Source: Polyangia bacterium (lineage in GTDB: Bacteria > Myxococcota_A > Polyangia > JAAYKL01). Taken from it: a stretch of DNA of 64,000 bases. Shown here piece after piece: positions 1 to 10,800 of the stretch. The DNA is taken from positions 38,124 to 102,123 of the forward strand of contig JBNKCR010000012.1 of the NCBI GenBank assembly GCA_050287845.1, written 5' to 3'. Made by a program: the position numbers and the translations under genes. The notes under the pieces were generated by a model. The model did no database searches. It was not told the origin of the DNA and saw only the letters and a program-made list of their open reading frames with translations. Each line of letters opens with the position of its first letter. Positions within the stretch are counted from its first letter, which is position 1.

Positions 1-753
1 GTCCATTTCGCCACTCAGCCAGCATTCTCCCACAAATAACAGCATAAGCTGCAGGGCCGATGCCCGGTCGTCATCGTTGTCCAGAACACTCAGGGGAATG
101 CATTTCTCAATGAGGGATAACAGCGGATCAACAAAGGAATATGCCTGCCGGTGATGCCGTTGGGTCATGGTGAGCGCATCCGGGAGATATTTGAGAAAGA
201 AACGGCGCGGTCCGGTTGTTAAAAAAGAAAAATCGGCACTGGCACAGAGAATATCGGCCAGGGGCAGATTCTCTTCGTATCGGAAGTTCTCGATTTCCTT
301 CAGAAACAAATCGTATGCGTGAAACATCTCAACCGGTGCATTGCTGTACAACGCGTCGCGAATCTGTCTCTGCAGCAGCCGAAGCTGATGAATGCCATAC
401 CGGCGATAGTTTTCCCGTTCATGGGCGAGGGGCGACTGCAGGTAGACATGGCATCTTCCTGACGAAACGGCGTCTCTGAGCGCGCGTTCACTGACGATCT
501 CCGGCACGGTGATGCCGTGATAGACTTCAACAATGAATTCGCGTTCCCGCAACATGCGATAGTGGGGCGCCACATCTTTTTGCCCCATATCATTCCGGGC
601 GAGGGTTTTCTGCAACACCGGCACCAGTTCCTGGAGAATTTTCAATCGCGATGTGGGATGATCGCAGAAAGCGATAAATTCCAGTATGTACCGCTCCATA
701 TCCGAAAGTTGGTTGTACTGATGATGGATAGTCCGGATTTGCAGTGGCGTCAT
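1..753 (-). CDS. 5' part of a large protein running off the window (possibly the N-terminal region of a SNF2-like helicase)
   Basis: Hand-translated open frame from ATG at 753 to base 1 with no stop (MTPLQIRTIHHQYNQLSDMERYILEFIAF...GECWLSGEMD); absent from the ORF track because it is truncated. Product is a weak guess; no helicase motifs are inside the window. Confidence 0.6.
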   Translation of the reverse strand, partial: MTPLQIRTIHHQYNQLSDMERYILEFIAFCDHPTSRLKILQELVPVLQKTLARNDMGQKDVAPHYRMLREREFIVEVYHGITVPEIVSERALRDAVSSGRCHVYLQSPLAHERENYRRYGIHQLRLLQRQIRDALYSNAPVEMFHAYDLFLKEIENFRYEENLPLADILCASADFSFLTTGPRRFFLKYLPDALTMTQRHHRQAYSFVDPLLSLIEKCIPLSVLDNDDDRASALQLMLLFVGECWLSGEMD

Positions 754-804
754 GGGCGCAGATGTAACGTATTTGTGCCTTTTTGACCACCATGATGATT
801 CGGC

Positions 805-1263
805 CTACGCGATGTATTTGGCCTGCAGTTCCCGGACGCGGTTTTCAAATCCCGTATCGTCACTGTACAGTTCAATGGGCAATTTGCGAAATCGCGTAAT
901 GGTTTCCGCTGTGGTCCGCACGACTTTTTTCACCAGGGTGTCGGCCTTGCCCAGATGAATCACCAGTTCCCGCTGCTTTTGCTGCACATCGCGGTTCAGC
1001 ACTTGCAGGATTTTTCTGGCGGCTGTATCGTAGTCGGTCATATTGGACCAATCGTGAATGGTGACGAGTTCTTTGCCGGATAAAAATTGCTGGCGGTACA
1101 CGCGAGCAATTTCGCTGGCAAAATCTACTGTCGCATAGCCTTCAATGCGGCTGACAATGATGGCGTCCGTTATCCAGAGCTGCAGCGTGCCCCTGTCGTT
1201 TTCAAGTACTTTTACGGGATCCCCAAACCGGTTCAATACGGGCAACAACTTCGAGTGCGTCAT
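805..1263 (-). CDS. hypothetical protein, STAS/SEC14-like small domain
   Basis: 152 aa from ATG 1263 (MTHSKLLPV...); IHDWSNMTDYDTAARK resembles myxobacterial STAS/SEC14-like proteins. The longer track ORF overlaps the GH43 gene. Confidence 0.6.
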   Translation of the reverse strand: MTHSKLLPVLNRFGDPVKVLENDRGTLQLWITDAIIVSRIEGYATVDFASEIARVYRQQFLSGKELVTIHDWSNMTDYDTAARKILQVLNRDVQQKQRELVIHLGKADTLVKKVVRTTAETITRFRKLPIELYSDDTGFENRVRELQAKYIA

Positions 1264-1387
1264 ATCAGGTTCCTTTGTCAAATATGGGCCCGTATAAATG
1301 ATGAGTGAAAAAAACGGTGGTGTCAAATCCGTCGGCGATTGGCTGAACAATGGTTGGAAACAGCGCGTTTTCGAACACGCGCCGGAA

Positions 1388-2842
1388 TCAATCGGTGCGG
1401 ATGGTGATGGTGCCATTGGCAACCGGTGGTCCGAGAATGGGCATGCCATCGCTGTCCCAGCCGAGCTTCTGAACCCGCATATGACGATCGTGGTTGCTGA
1501 GCGCATCGCCATCGACCCCATCAATGAAGTCGTAGTCCCGACCGTGATAAACAAGCAGGTCAATAGTTCCTTCCGGGGATACCGAGAACATACTGTGGCC
1601 CGGCCCGTACACTTTATTTTCGGTGCTGGTCTTCATGACCGGTTCCGCCGATTTCTGCCAGGAAGCCGCATCCATCAGATTGGCGTTCTCATCCGCCCAC
1701 AGCAGACCCACACAATACCTGGAATCGGTGGCGCTGGCGGAGTAGCTGATGAAAATGCGACCGTTGCGTTGAATCACCGCCGGCCCTTCGTTCACGGCAT
1801 ATCGCTGTCGTTCCCAGTCATAGTCTGCACGGGTCAGACTGATTTGCTGCCCGCCGGTTTCCAGGGTCCACGGGTTCTCCATGCGGGCAATGAACACGTG
1901 GGTGCTGTAATCGCTTTCCTCCGGAAGGTCTTCGGCAAACACCAGGTAGCGGATGCCGTTGTGTTCAAATGTGGTGGCGTCCAGGGCAAAGGTTGAATTG
2001 ACGGGAGTACTGATTTGCCCCTTCTCCACCCAGGTGCCTTCAATGGGATTGGCAGCGGTGTTTTCCAGCACGTAAATCCGTATGGCCCAGACATTGTCCG
2101 TGGCGCCTGCCGCAAAGTAAATGTACCATTTGCCATCGATGTAGTGGAGTTCCGGCGCCCAGATGTGTGCCCCCATGATGCCGCTGGTATGGCGCGACCA
2201 TATGACCGTTTCCTGGGCCGTGGCCAGCCCCTGGACCGTCTCCGCGCGGCGCAGACCAATGAAATTGTACAGCGGTTCGGTGGCAATGAAATAGTAATAT
2301 CCATCCGTGTGTCGATACATCCACGGGTCTGCTCTTTCCGGAATCAGCGGATTGGTGACATCAAACGATTCGGTGATGGGACCGGTATCCGTTTCTGTTT
2401 CGGTGTCGGTATCTGTGTCGGTATCGGTATCGGTGTCGGTATCCGAGTCGGTATCGGTATCGGTGTCGGTGTCGGTGTCGGTATCCGAGTCAGTATCGGT
2501 GTCGGTGTCGGTATCGGTGTCGGTATCCGAGTCAGTATCGGTGTCGGTATCGGTATCGGTGTCGGTATCGGTATCCGAGTCGGAGTCTGAATCCATATCA
2601 GTATCGGTATCGGTATCGGTGTCCGAGTCCGAATCGGTATCCAGGTCAGTGTCTGTATCTGTATCCGAATCAGTATCGCTGTCTGAATCGGTATCAGAAT
2701 CAGAATCAGAATCGGTGTCGCTGTCCGCGTCTGACTCCCCGGAGTTGCAGTCATCCCCCTCACATTCATCAGATTCCGGATCACTACCGCAACCCCAGGC
2801 TGTCCAGAGCAGGAAAAAAATAAAAAGCGCACTTCTCAACAT
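1388..2842 (-). CDS. GH43 glycoside hydrolase (probable alpha-L-arabinofuranosidase), lipoprotein with Asp-Thr/Ser linker
   Basis: Signal peptide with lipobox (LWTAWGC), long DT/DS tract, then GH43 motifs RADPWMY, IWAPELH, FALDATTF, VNEGP, GPGHS. Confidence 0.9.
   Translation of the reverse strand: MLRSALFIFFLLWTAWGCGSDPESDECEGDDCNSGESDADSDTDSDSDSDTDSDSDTDSDTDTDTDLDTDSDSDTDTDTDTDMDSDSDSDTDTDTDTDTDTDTDSDTDTDTDTDTDTDSDTDTDTDTDTDTDSDTDTDTDTDTDTDTETETDTGPITESFDVTNPLIPERADPWMYRHTDGYYYFIATEPLYNFIGLRRAETVQGLATAQETVIWSRHTSGIMGAHIWAPELHYIDGKWYIYFAAGATDNVWAIRIYVLENTAANPIEGTWVEKGQISTPVNSTFALDATTFEHNGIRYLVFAEDLPEESDYSTHVFIARMENPWTLETGGQQISLTRADYDWERQRYAVNEGPAVIQRNGRIFISYSASATDSRYCVGLLWADENANLMDAASWQKSAEPVMKTSTENKVYGPGHSMFSVSPEGTIDLLVYHGRDYDFIDGVDGDALSNHDRHMRVQKLGWDSDGMPILGPPVANGTITIRTD
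2390..2735 (-). repeat. 6-bp coding microsatellite (GAYACC/GAYTCN)n encoding a (DT/DS)n linker
   Basis: Tandem gtatcg/gtgtcg units on the + strand. Confidence 0.9.
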
Positions 2843-3407
2843 ACTGTCTTCTCCGATTTCTTTTCTATATCCCCCCACATTTCCCGCGGCCGCAATCTCA
2901 ACCCCACGTAGGCCAATACGAGTCATATTGGGCCCCAGACCCAGGAGTTCAGTTGCTTTGCCCGACCGTTTTGGGTCACCAATGTACCGCGTTCCCAGTT
3001 CTGTGGGCAACTTTCAGCGAAATTGTCCGTTATTTTCCACTGCTGCATCGGTGATGGCGGAGAGTTCGGCCCATGGTGCAGGAGAATGGTTATAGTGTGA
3101 ATATTTTTACATATTTTGAATTTTTAATATTTTGCTGTAATTTTGGAGTTCATAATGGTAAGATGTTTCATCTTCCGGGGACGTGTGGGGCGGATATTTC
3201 TTGATAGATTAAATGGAGTAGCGACGATATATTGAAGTGAATCAATGTGGAGTGTGTATACAGTGAAATTCCTGTGGATGTTGAATCAGCAGGGGGCGGG
3301 GCGCCATGCAGAAGTAACTGAGAATTGTGTGGGCCCAGTCCTGAAGCGCGCGTGCATACGAGAGCGAAACCTACTGTTGAACTGGAAACTGTGCGAGGAA
3401 CGATGCA

Positions 3408-4568
3408 ATGAGATGGGAACCGGACGCCCGACAGCTATATAACGAAGTGGTTCGCAATATTTCCCAACCGGTAAAACTGATCGCTGCTCCCCCCATTCGA
3501 AAAGCGGCTGAACGGGGCGCCATGGATCAGGGACGAACGACCGTAACCAGAACAGATTTGGTGGATGGCATTTTTGATGTGGTTCCCCAGTCCTTCAGAG
3601 CCCGGGTGGTTGCCAATCTGACGTCGCGGGGAATTGATTGCAGTAATTATCTCAACGGGAGTGTTCGACGGTTTCTGGACGGCACCGATTTAAAGCAATT
3701 TTGGGAGATGTTGATGTCGGTGGCCCGTCACACCGGAATTACAGTGGATGAAGTCAGAACCAGAGCAATTCTCGAAGCCTACAGTCAGTATTTCAGAAAG
3801 TCCCCGGTTGCCCTTCGGTTTATATCAGAGCCAACAACCGGACCATCGCTTTCTGCGCGATACCTCGAAACGGTGGGCGCCCATACCCCCGATCCACTGA
3901 CCACGGCAGTGATTCGCGGATTTGTGGATGAAAACAGTTCTCCGATGTTTGCGCTCTTTGAGGAGATGAAACTGCAATGCGATGTGCTGGGGTACGGATT
4001 GGATATGGATGTGGTGAAGGGGATAAAAATGTTCAGAGCGGTGATCTCCCCTGTTCCCATTGACTATCTTCGGATGCTGTCCCAATTGCCGGAGAGTGTG
4101 AAGTTGAATACCGAGATTTTGAAATCCCATGGGATGGCCCGCATTTTTATGATGGGATTTGATTTTGAGCGGGAATTGCTGAATTTGTATGTGCTGGTTC
4201 GTGATGCATCAAAAGTGATGCCGGTGAAACTGGCTGCAATGATGAACGATTTACAGTTGCCGGTGGCGTCGTTGACCCAGCTGGAACACTGCGGTCAGAC
4301 CAAAGCTGTAGTATTCAGCTTTTCGTGGCACAGTGATAGCGTGCAACGTATCTGTTATACATCGCTGTATGCACGGGATGCGTCCCTGCCGACCATTGTT
4401 GAACCGGCGGTGGTTCATAAACTGAAAAAAGCTGAATTCTGCAGAGAGAAAGACACCTACCTGCTTGGCACACTGTTCGACGCTACCCAGCGCTGGTTTC
4501 AGATTGAATGCGATTTCGGGGGCTCATTGTCTCAGGATTTGTTGCGGGGCGCTATGGCCGGGGTGTAG
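3408..4568 (+). CDS. ABBA-family aromatic prenyltransferase-like protein with N-terminal helical (DUF2621/PCP_red-like) domain
   Basis: C-terminal ~290 aa carries GYGLDMDVVKGIK, LPESVKLNTEILKSHG, MMGFDFERELLNLY, FSFSWHSDSVQRICY, paralleling NphB/CloQ PT-barrel motifs; N-terminus MRWEPDARQLYNEVV...AAERGA. Confidence 0.7.
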   Translation: MRWEPDARQLYNEVVRNISQPVKLIAAPPIRKAAERGAMDQGRTTVTRTDLVDGIFDVVPQSFRARVVANLTSRGIDCSNYLNGSVRRFLDGTDLKQFWEMLMSVARHTGITVDEVRTRAILEAYSQYFRKSPVALRFISEPTTGPSLSARYLETVGAHTPDPLTTAVIRGFVDENSSPMFALFEEMKLQCDVLGYGLDMDVVKGIKMFRAVISPVPIDYLRMLSQLPESVKLNTEILKSHGMARIFMMGFDFERELLNLYVLVRDASKVMPVKLAAMMNDLQLPVASLTQLEHCGQTKAVVFSFSWHSDSVQRICYTSLYARDASLPTIVEPAVVHKLKKAEFCREKDTYLLGTLFDATQRWFQIECDFGGSLSQDLLRGAMAGV

Positions 4569-4740
4569 TGTAGCGTTGCTTCGCCGAATCCGGTGACTAT
4601 ACTATGGTGGCATCTCGCGTTTGGTTCCCTGTCCTGCTGAATCTGGTGGCTATCCCCATTGTTTTGTCGTTCCAAATACGAAAAGCTGGTTATAATGGTA
4701 CGATAAGTCGGCAAAGCAGACCGAAGAAACGGGGCATACA

Positions 4741-5409
4741 ATGATGTTTAAAATAATTTTTATATCTATGGGTATCGCTTTAATGGCAGGCTGGGGGTGC
4801 AGTGATAAATCCAAAGGCGGCGGGAGTGGCGATACAGACACCACTGATATCGATTCGGTTCCAGTGGCGGAGTTGACCGATGAAGAAATGACCGCGTTCT
4901 GCGGTGACCTTTACGATTCAACAATGGATAAGATGATGACCTTTTACGAGACGTCCCCTGACGAAGCGTGCCAGTTGGCAGGGGGAATCGCCGCGCAGAT
5001 GGCCTATGACCAGGGAACCTCGGAACAGGCCATTTTGCTGGCCTGTGAGCTTGCGATAACCACCTGTGGGGCTGGTGACCCGGAGATGCTTCTGGCGGTG
5101 ACCACCACCGGCACAGCGTTCCTGGCATCGGAAGGTGAGTTCTGTGTGGGGGTTCAGGATATGTTTGATGGATGCGAAGCCACCACATCTGAAATGTCGC
5201 GCTGCTATCTCGCATTCGTCGACGCTGAGCTGGCGGATGCGAAAGCATCGGCGTCTGAGTTACCCGAGTGCACAGCATATACATCGGCGTATTTTGAGTC
5301 TGATACGGCGGCGGCGCCAACGATTACAGATCTCAACCTGCCAGCTCCCTGTTTATCCCTCGCTTTAAAGTGCCCCCAGCTCATCACTTCCATGTCCTCT
5401 CTGATGTAA
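4741..5409 (+). CDS. Cys-containing lipoprotein, unknown function
   Basis: Signal peptide with lipobox (MAGWGC); acidic, spaced cysteines. Confidence 0.75.
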   Translation: MMFKIIFISMGIALMAGWGCSDKSKGGGSGDTDTTDIDSVPVAELTDEEMTAFCGDLYDSTMDKMMTFYETSPDEACQLAGGIAAQMAYDQGTSEQAILLACELAITTCGAGDPEMLLAVTTTGTAFLASEGEFCVGVQDMFDGCEATTSEMSRCYLAFVDAELADAKASASELPECTAYTSAYFESDTAAAPTITDLNLPAPCLSLALKCPQLITSMSSLM

Positions 5410-5534
5410 TACTGATTTTATTATCAGTGTAAAAGTAGGTTATTTGTAATATAAAGATTGCATTTCAGTGTGGCCCTTCGCTAAAATGTAAACTCTAACA
5501 ACTAATTGAATTGAACCAGCTGATGGAGTGAAAC

Positions 5535-7457
5535 ATGCAGACGGATTCGTCTTCTCCACATCAGAGTACTGCCGGAATCAGTGGCGATGTCGCTCTGATC
5601 CATCCCCGGTATGAAATCCGGGATGGTATCAGCGAGGATGCCTCAGGCATTCTGTATCGCGGCCGGGCGGTTTCGGAAAACCGGAAAGTGGCTATTCGAC
5701 TTTTTGACGGCGAAATCAAACCGCACGTCGATGCATCCGGCGGCAGTGTGTTGCCATCTCTGTTGCGCATTCTCCAGGCAACGGAATTTCTCCGGACAGA
5801 AAAAGGAATGCCATTTGCGGTTTTTGACATGCCCGAAGGAAGATGTCTCGATAACGAACTCGGGGACCACGTATTCATACCGGTGAATGTGGCAGCCCGT
5901 ATTGCGCTGGAAGTGTCATTGACCATACGGGCGCTGCACGTTCACGGCCTGTGTCACGGCCATGTGAATGCGCAGAATGTGTTTCTGAAACGGCAGCCCA
6001 GTGGGCGTCTCGATATTCAGTTGCTGTATCATCCCCTGGTTGGCGATCCGACAAAGTGCAATCTGCCGGGGTATCTCTCGCCGGAGTTGTGTGAAGGGGA
6101 GCGGGCACTCCGCAAATCAGATGATCACTGGGCCATCTGCGTGCTGTTTTATCGGATGGTATTTGGTAAAATGCCGTTTGCCGGAGTGTCTGGCGCCGAG
6201 GTACTGCAATCCATACGACAGAACGGAATTGTATTTCCGCGGATGACAAATTCACTGAGCCCGCTGGTGATGGAATTTATTCGCAAAAGTCTGGGGGTAA
6301 CGGCGAGTGAACGTCCCGATGGCCGGGAACTGAACCTCCGATTCAAAGCGATTCTGAAAAAACAGTACAGCGCAACGGAGGACATGGAACCCATCACCGG
6401 GGTGTTGCCCGTTGGCGATCGTCCCACTGTTCCGCCCGATATCAATGCCATTGCCGTCAAGGACGCGTATAGGGAGGCGGTGAAGCGGACGACACGACCT
6501 GTGGCTGCGGAAGATACATTGCTTCTGGGCAAAGATGAGGAGATGCTGCATTCCGATACAGATGACACTCCGGAGATGGATTTTGACTTTGATCCGGATT
6601 TGGAAATTGATATTGAAACGGAAATTGATGTGCGGGAAACGCAAACGTCACGTCCCCTCGACTACAGAGGCCAAGACATTTCCAACCGGTCCGTTGATTT
6701 CATGGTTTTGCCACCGATTCTGATGTCATCTGCCGAGATGACGAATTCTACCGGCGCATCGATGAGCGAGTGGCCGCCGGAAAACCCGATGGCATTCACG
6801 AAGGCCAGTATCGATACCTCGTGCATCGCGGTTCCGGAACAGTATAGAATGAAACGGAAGCGGTTGGTGAAACAGGTATTCTTCAACATATCTCTCGGCA
6901 TGGTTGCGGCCGTGGCGCTGTATCTGCTTTCCGGGATGGACAGGTTCGGGATCTGGCATGCGGAGGACGCCATCCGTGTAGCGGATACACCGATAGAAAC
7001 GCCTTTGGCAAATTCGCTGGTTGAATCGGAATCGGTCCCCGAGACCTCCGGCAAAGAACCGGATATTGAAGCGCGCGAAAGTATTGCAGCAGCGCCAGCG
7101 TCTGCCGGGGAGGTTTTCATCAGAATGGAGAATCTGCCGGTGGGGGCATATATTCTGGTGAATGGGAGTCGCGCGGAACATCCCATTGCGGTTCAGAAGT
7201 CTGCCAGACCGTTGGCCATTAATGTGGTTGTGGATGAACGGATTATTTATTCAACCATTCTTTTGCCTGAGGGGGATCAGGTGATTACCCTCCCCGTGAA
7301 GGGGGAGCCGAAGAAGGTGAAGGGGCGAGTGTTTCGGCGCGCAGGCAAAGGGAAATCGGTGAAACCTCCGATTCGTGGCAAAAACAACCTCGGAAAGCTT
7401 TCGTCCAATCCCCATCAGCTCCGCGAGAATCCGTTCCTCGAGATCAATGTCCGGTGA
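5535..7457 (+). CDS. membrane-anchored Ser/Thr protein kinase-fold protein, probable pseudokinase
   Basis: Hanks-type order YEI..., VAIR, HGHVNAQN, GYLSPE, WAICVLFYRMVFGKMPF; TM segment (ISLGMVAAVALYLL); PEGA-like C-terminus; GGAG RBS upstream. Confidence 0.8.
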   Translation: MQTDSSSPHQSTAGISGDVALIHPRYEIRDGISEDASGILYRGRAVSENRKVAIRLFDGEIKPHVDASGGSVLPSLLRILQATEFLRTEKGMPFAVFDMPEGRCLDNELGDHVFIPVNVAARIALEVSLTIRALHVHGLCHGHVNAQNVFLKRQPSGRLDIQLLYHPLVGDPTKCNLPGYLSPELCEGERALRKSDDHWAICVLFYRMVFGKMPFAGVSGAEVLQSIRQNGIVFPRMTNSLSPLVMEFIRKSLGVTASERPDGRELNLRFKAILKKQYSATEDMEPITGVLPVGDRPTVPPDINAIAVKDAYREAVKRTTRPVAAEDTLLLGKDEEMLHSDTDDTPEMDFDFDPDLEIDIETEIDVRETQTSRPLDYRGQDISNRSVDFMVLPPILMSSAEMTNSTGASMSEWPPENPMAFTKASIDTSCIAVPEQYRMKRKRLVKQVFFNISLGMVAAVALYLLSGMDRFGIWHAEDAIRVADTPIETPLANSLVESESVPETSGKEPDIEARESIAAAPASAGEVFIRMENLPVGAYILVNGSRAEHPIAVQKSARPLAINVVVDERIIYSTILLPEGDQVITLPVKGEPKKVKGRVFRRAGKGKSVKPPIRGKNNLGKLSSNPHQLRENPFLEINVR

Positions 7458-7715
7458 AGTTCACGCCTGTTCGTTTCCATTCTGTGCTGTTGGACGGTGT
7501 ATTCAAGAAGAGAACAGGGCCTTCTTTTTAACGGTTCAGCTGAATTGCGCCCCCGGTGAAACAGTTGACGCCTGGTGAATGTGAGATATTTCTGTAAAAA
7601 ATCAGTTTTCCTGTAAAACTGCCCGTATGACGCGAATTTCTCGATTGGATGTGCATATTTTGCGGGTTTAAAGTCTTGCCAGATTGGGTTGGGACGTCTA
7701 CGTTTTCAGATACCC

Positions 7716-7815
7716 GTAAATTTACGCGGGCACGCGAACACAGCAAGCGTAAAATTGGTGCAGTCGGCGCTAGTCGGCAAGGTAGATTTACGCGGGCACG
7801 TGAACACAACAAGAG
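7716..7815 (+). repeat. two imperfect 34-bp direct repeats, 66-bp period, upstream of the giant lipoprotein gene
   Basis: gtaaatttacgcgggcacgcgaacacagcaagcg (7716-7749) vs gtagatttacgcgggcacgtgaacacaacaagag (7782-7815). Confidence 0.8.
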
Positions 7816-7876
7816 ACAGTCGGCACCAGATCTTTGTGCATTCACGGTGTCCGGTATTGTGCATCGGAGAAATATA

Positions 7877-10800
7877 ATGTATCGAATATTTCTGGTTTTT
7901 TTTGGGATCAACGTGTTGCTGCTGGCAGGCTGCAAAGAAAATAAAAATGATGATGTGGTCACCGTGTCATCGGAAGTGCTGGTTGACGAGGATGGCGCCA
8001 CCATCGTCACCGACGACAATGTGGTGGTCATTATTCCCGCTGGAGCTTTGATAAAGAAGGAGAAGATCACCGTCACTCCGTCTGACCTGGTAGTCGCACA
8101 GCTGGAGGTCTATAGCGCGGTGTACAGTCTGCAGCCAGCCAATCTGGAATTGCAGAAATCGGCTCAGCTGCTGATTCCTCTGCCAGAGGAAAATATCAGT
8201 CCGGACCAGCTGCAGATTTATCGGCTGGATGCCAATGGTGAACACGGCGGCGGATGGCAGCCATTGTCCAGCGAACTTCACACCACCGGCCGGCATCTGA
8301 GGGCGTCGGTGGCTCAGTTTGGTTTCTTCGTGTTGGCCAGACGGATGGATACATCAGGGGAAACGACCGTTGTCATCGGAACAGAAGGCGGGCGCCTGAC
8401 CACTTCATCCGGACTGGTTCTGAATATTCCATCGGGATCTTTTTCAGAGCAGAATACTGTTGTGGTTCGGTCACTCCAGGTTTTTGTCACCGATATGCAG
8501 CAACATAGCTCGATGTACGAACTCCAGCCCATCAGCGTGTCACTGAAGATGCCCGCGCAGCTGACGATTCCATACGACGAACCTGCCGCCGGCTCACAGA
8601 ATCTGGCAATATTCAGAGCGGGACGGTCGGATGCCCCTGTTGCCGAATGGACCGAACTACTCAGTTCGACTGACCCTGCCGCCCACACTGTCTCGGCGAA
8701 CACTACTCAGTTTGGATTTTTCGTGGTTGCGGTTCAGAGGTCCACGCCGACGGATACGGCGAGTGATACGGTCACCGCCACTGACACCGATACGGTCATC
8801 CCCGCAGATACGCAGACTGAAGACTCGGGGAGTGATTCCGATTCAATATCGACGCCGGTGGATTTCTGCGCAGAATCCCCGTGCGTGAATGGTACGTGCA
8901 CGAACGGGGCGGATGGATTTGTCTGTACGTGTGAGACCGGGTATTCGGGAACCATCTGTGATGAATGTGCAACGGGCTATCAGGACAATGATTTCGACGG
9001 CGTATGCGATTTCGACTGTGGCCTGACAAGGCTGGATTGTGGCGTTCATGGGACGTGCGACGATTCGCTGGGGACCGTCCAATGCGTCTGTGACGAAGGT
9101 ATCACCGGCGCGTACTGCGACAATTGTGCTCCTGGATATCAGGACAATAACAGCGATGCGGTTTGTGAACTGGATTGTGCGACTGTTGGTTTTGACTGCG
9201 GCAGCAATGGCGCCTGTTCAGATGCATCCGGGACGGCAATGTGCATCTGCGATTCCGGCTATGCCGGTGCGGCGTGTGCGGTCTGCGCTCCGGGGTACCA
9301 GGACAACGACGCAGACGGTCTGTGCACTGAAACCTGCGCCACTGCCGAACTGAACTGTGGAAATCAGGGGACCTGCAGCGATGCGGGTGGTACTGCGATT
9401 TGTATTTGCAGCGATGGCTTCACCGGCACGTATTGCGACGGCTGCGCGGACGGATACCAGGACAGGGATGGCAATGGAGTGTGTACGCCTGCCTGTGGCA
9501 CTGCGGACATCGATTGCGGTGAAAACGGCGCCTGCAGCGATGCGTCGGGGACTGCCAGTTGCGTTTGTGAAGCCGGGTACGATGGCGACAGCTGTTCACA
9601 GTGCGCGGTCGGGTACCAGGATTTCGACGAAAACGGTACCTGTACGCCGGACTGTACCACCGCAGCGCTCGTCTGTGGCGGCAACAACGGCACCTGCGCG
9701 GACAGTTCCGGCACCGCGAGATGTGAGTGTCTGGAGGGCTATACCGGCTCGGACTGCGCGGATTGCACCGCCGGGTATCAGGACAACAATCAGGATGGCA
9801 CATGTGAGCAGACATGCGAGTCGGCCAGCCTGGATTGCGGCAGTTATGGTGCATGCAGTGATGGCAGCGGTCTGGCCACATGCGTTTGTGGGACCGGATA
9901 CACCGGAACGAGTTGTTCGGATTGTATAGCGGGGTATCAGGATAACGATAGCAACGGCAGCTGTCTTTTGACCTGTGCCAGCACCAATCTGGATTGCGGC
10001 AGCAACGGGGAATGCTCGGATGCGTCGGGCAACGCCATATGCAGTTGCAGTACCGGTTATGATGGCGCCGCATGCGATGTGTGCGCCTCGGGCTATCAGG
10101 ATAACGATGAAGATGGGGTGTGCAATCCGGATTGCACCGGTACGGATTTGAATTGCGGGAACAATGGTACCTGCTCGGATACAACCGGGGCGGCGATGTG
10201 CATCTGCGATACCGGATACAACGGTGAGACCTGTGCAGCATGTGCTCCGGGCTATCAGGATAACGATGGAGACGGTGTATGTAGCGCGACCTGCGAGATT
10301 GCCGGATTGAATTGTGGCAACGGTACCTGTGTCGACTCATCGGGCGCGGCGATGTGCAGCTGTTCGGCGGGATATGAAGGTGCGGATTGCACCGTGTGTG
10401 CGACCGGGTATCAGGATAACAATCAGGATGGCACATGTGAGTTGACATGCGGGTCAGCCAACCTGAATTGCGGCAGCTACGGTGCATGTAGCGATAGCAG
10501 CGGTTCAGCTATGTGCATTTGTGGGACTGGATACACCGGGCCTGATTGTTCGGTTTGCGCAACCGGTTATCAGGATAATGATAACAACGGCAGCTGTCTG
10601 TTGACCTGTGACAGCACCAACCTGAATTGCAGCGGCAACGGGGAATGCTCGGATACGTCGGGCAACGCCATGTGCAGTTGTGATACTGGCTATGATGGAG
10701 CGACATGCGCCGTATGCGCAGCGGGCTATCAGGATAACGATGGAGACGATGTGTGCGCTCCGGATTGCACCAGCGCAAATTTAAATTGCGGAAACAATGG

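Noticed and set aside
2015..3095. Long + strand ORFs with (SV)n and (GI/GV)n repeats
   Set aside because: Antisense shadows of the DT microsatellite in the GH43 gene.
7716..7815. CRISPR array (34-bp repeat with 32-bp spacer)
   Set aside because: Only two imperfect copies, no typical repeat terminus and no cas genes in the window.
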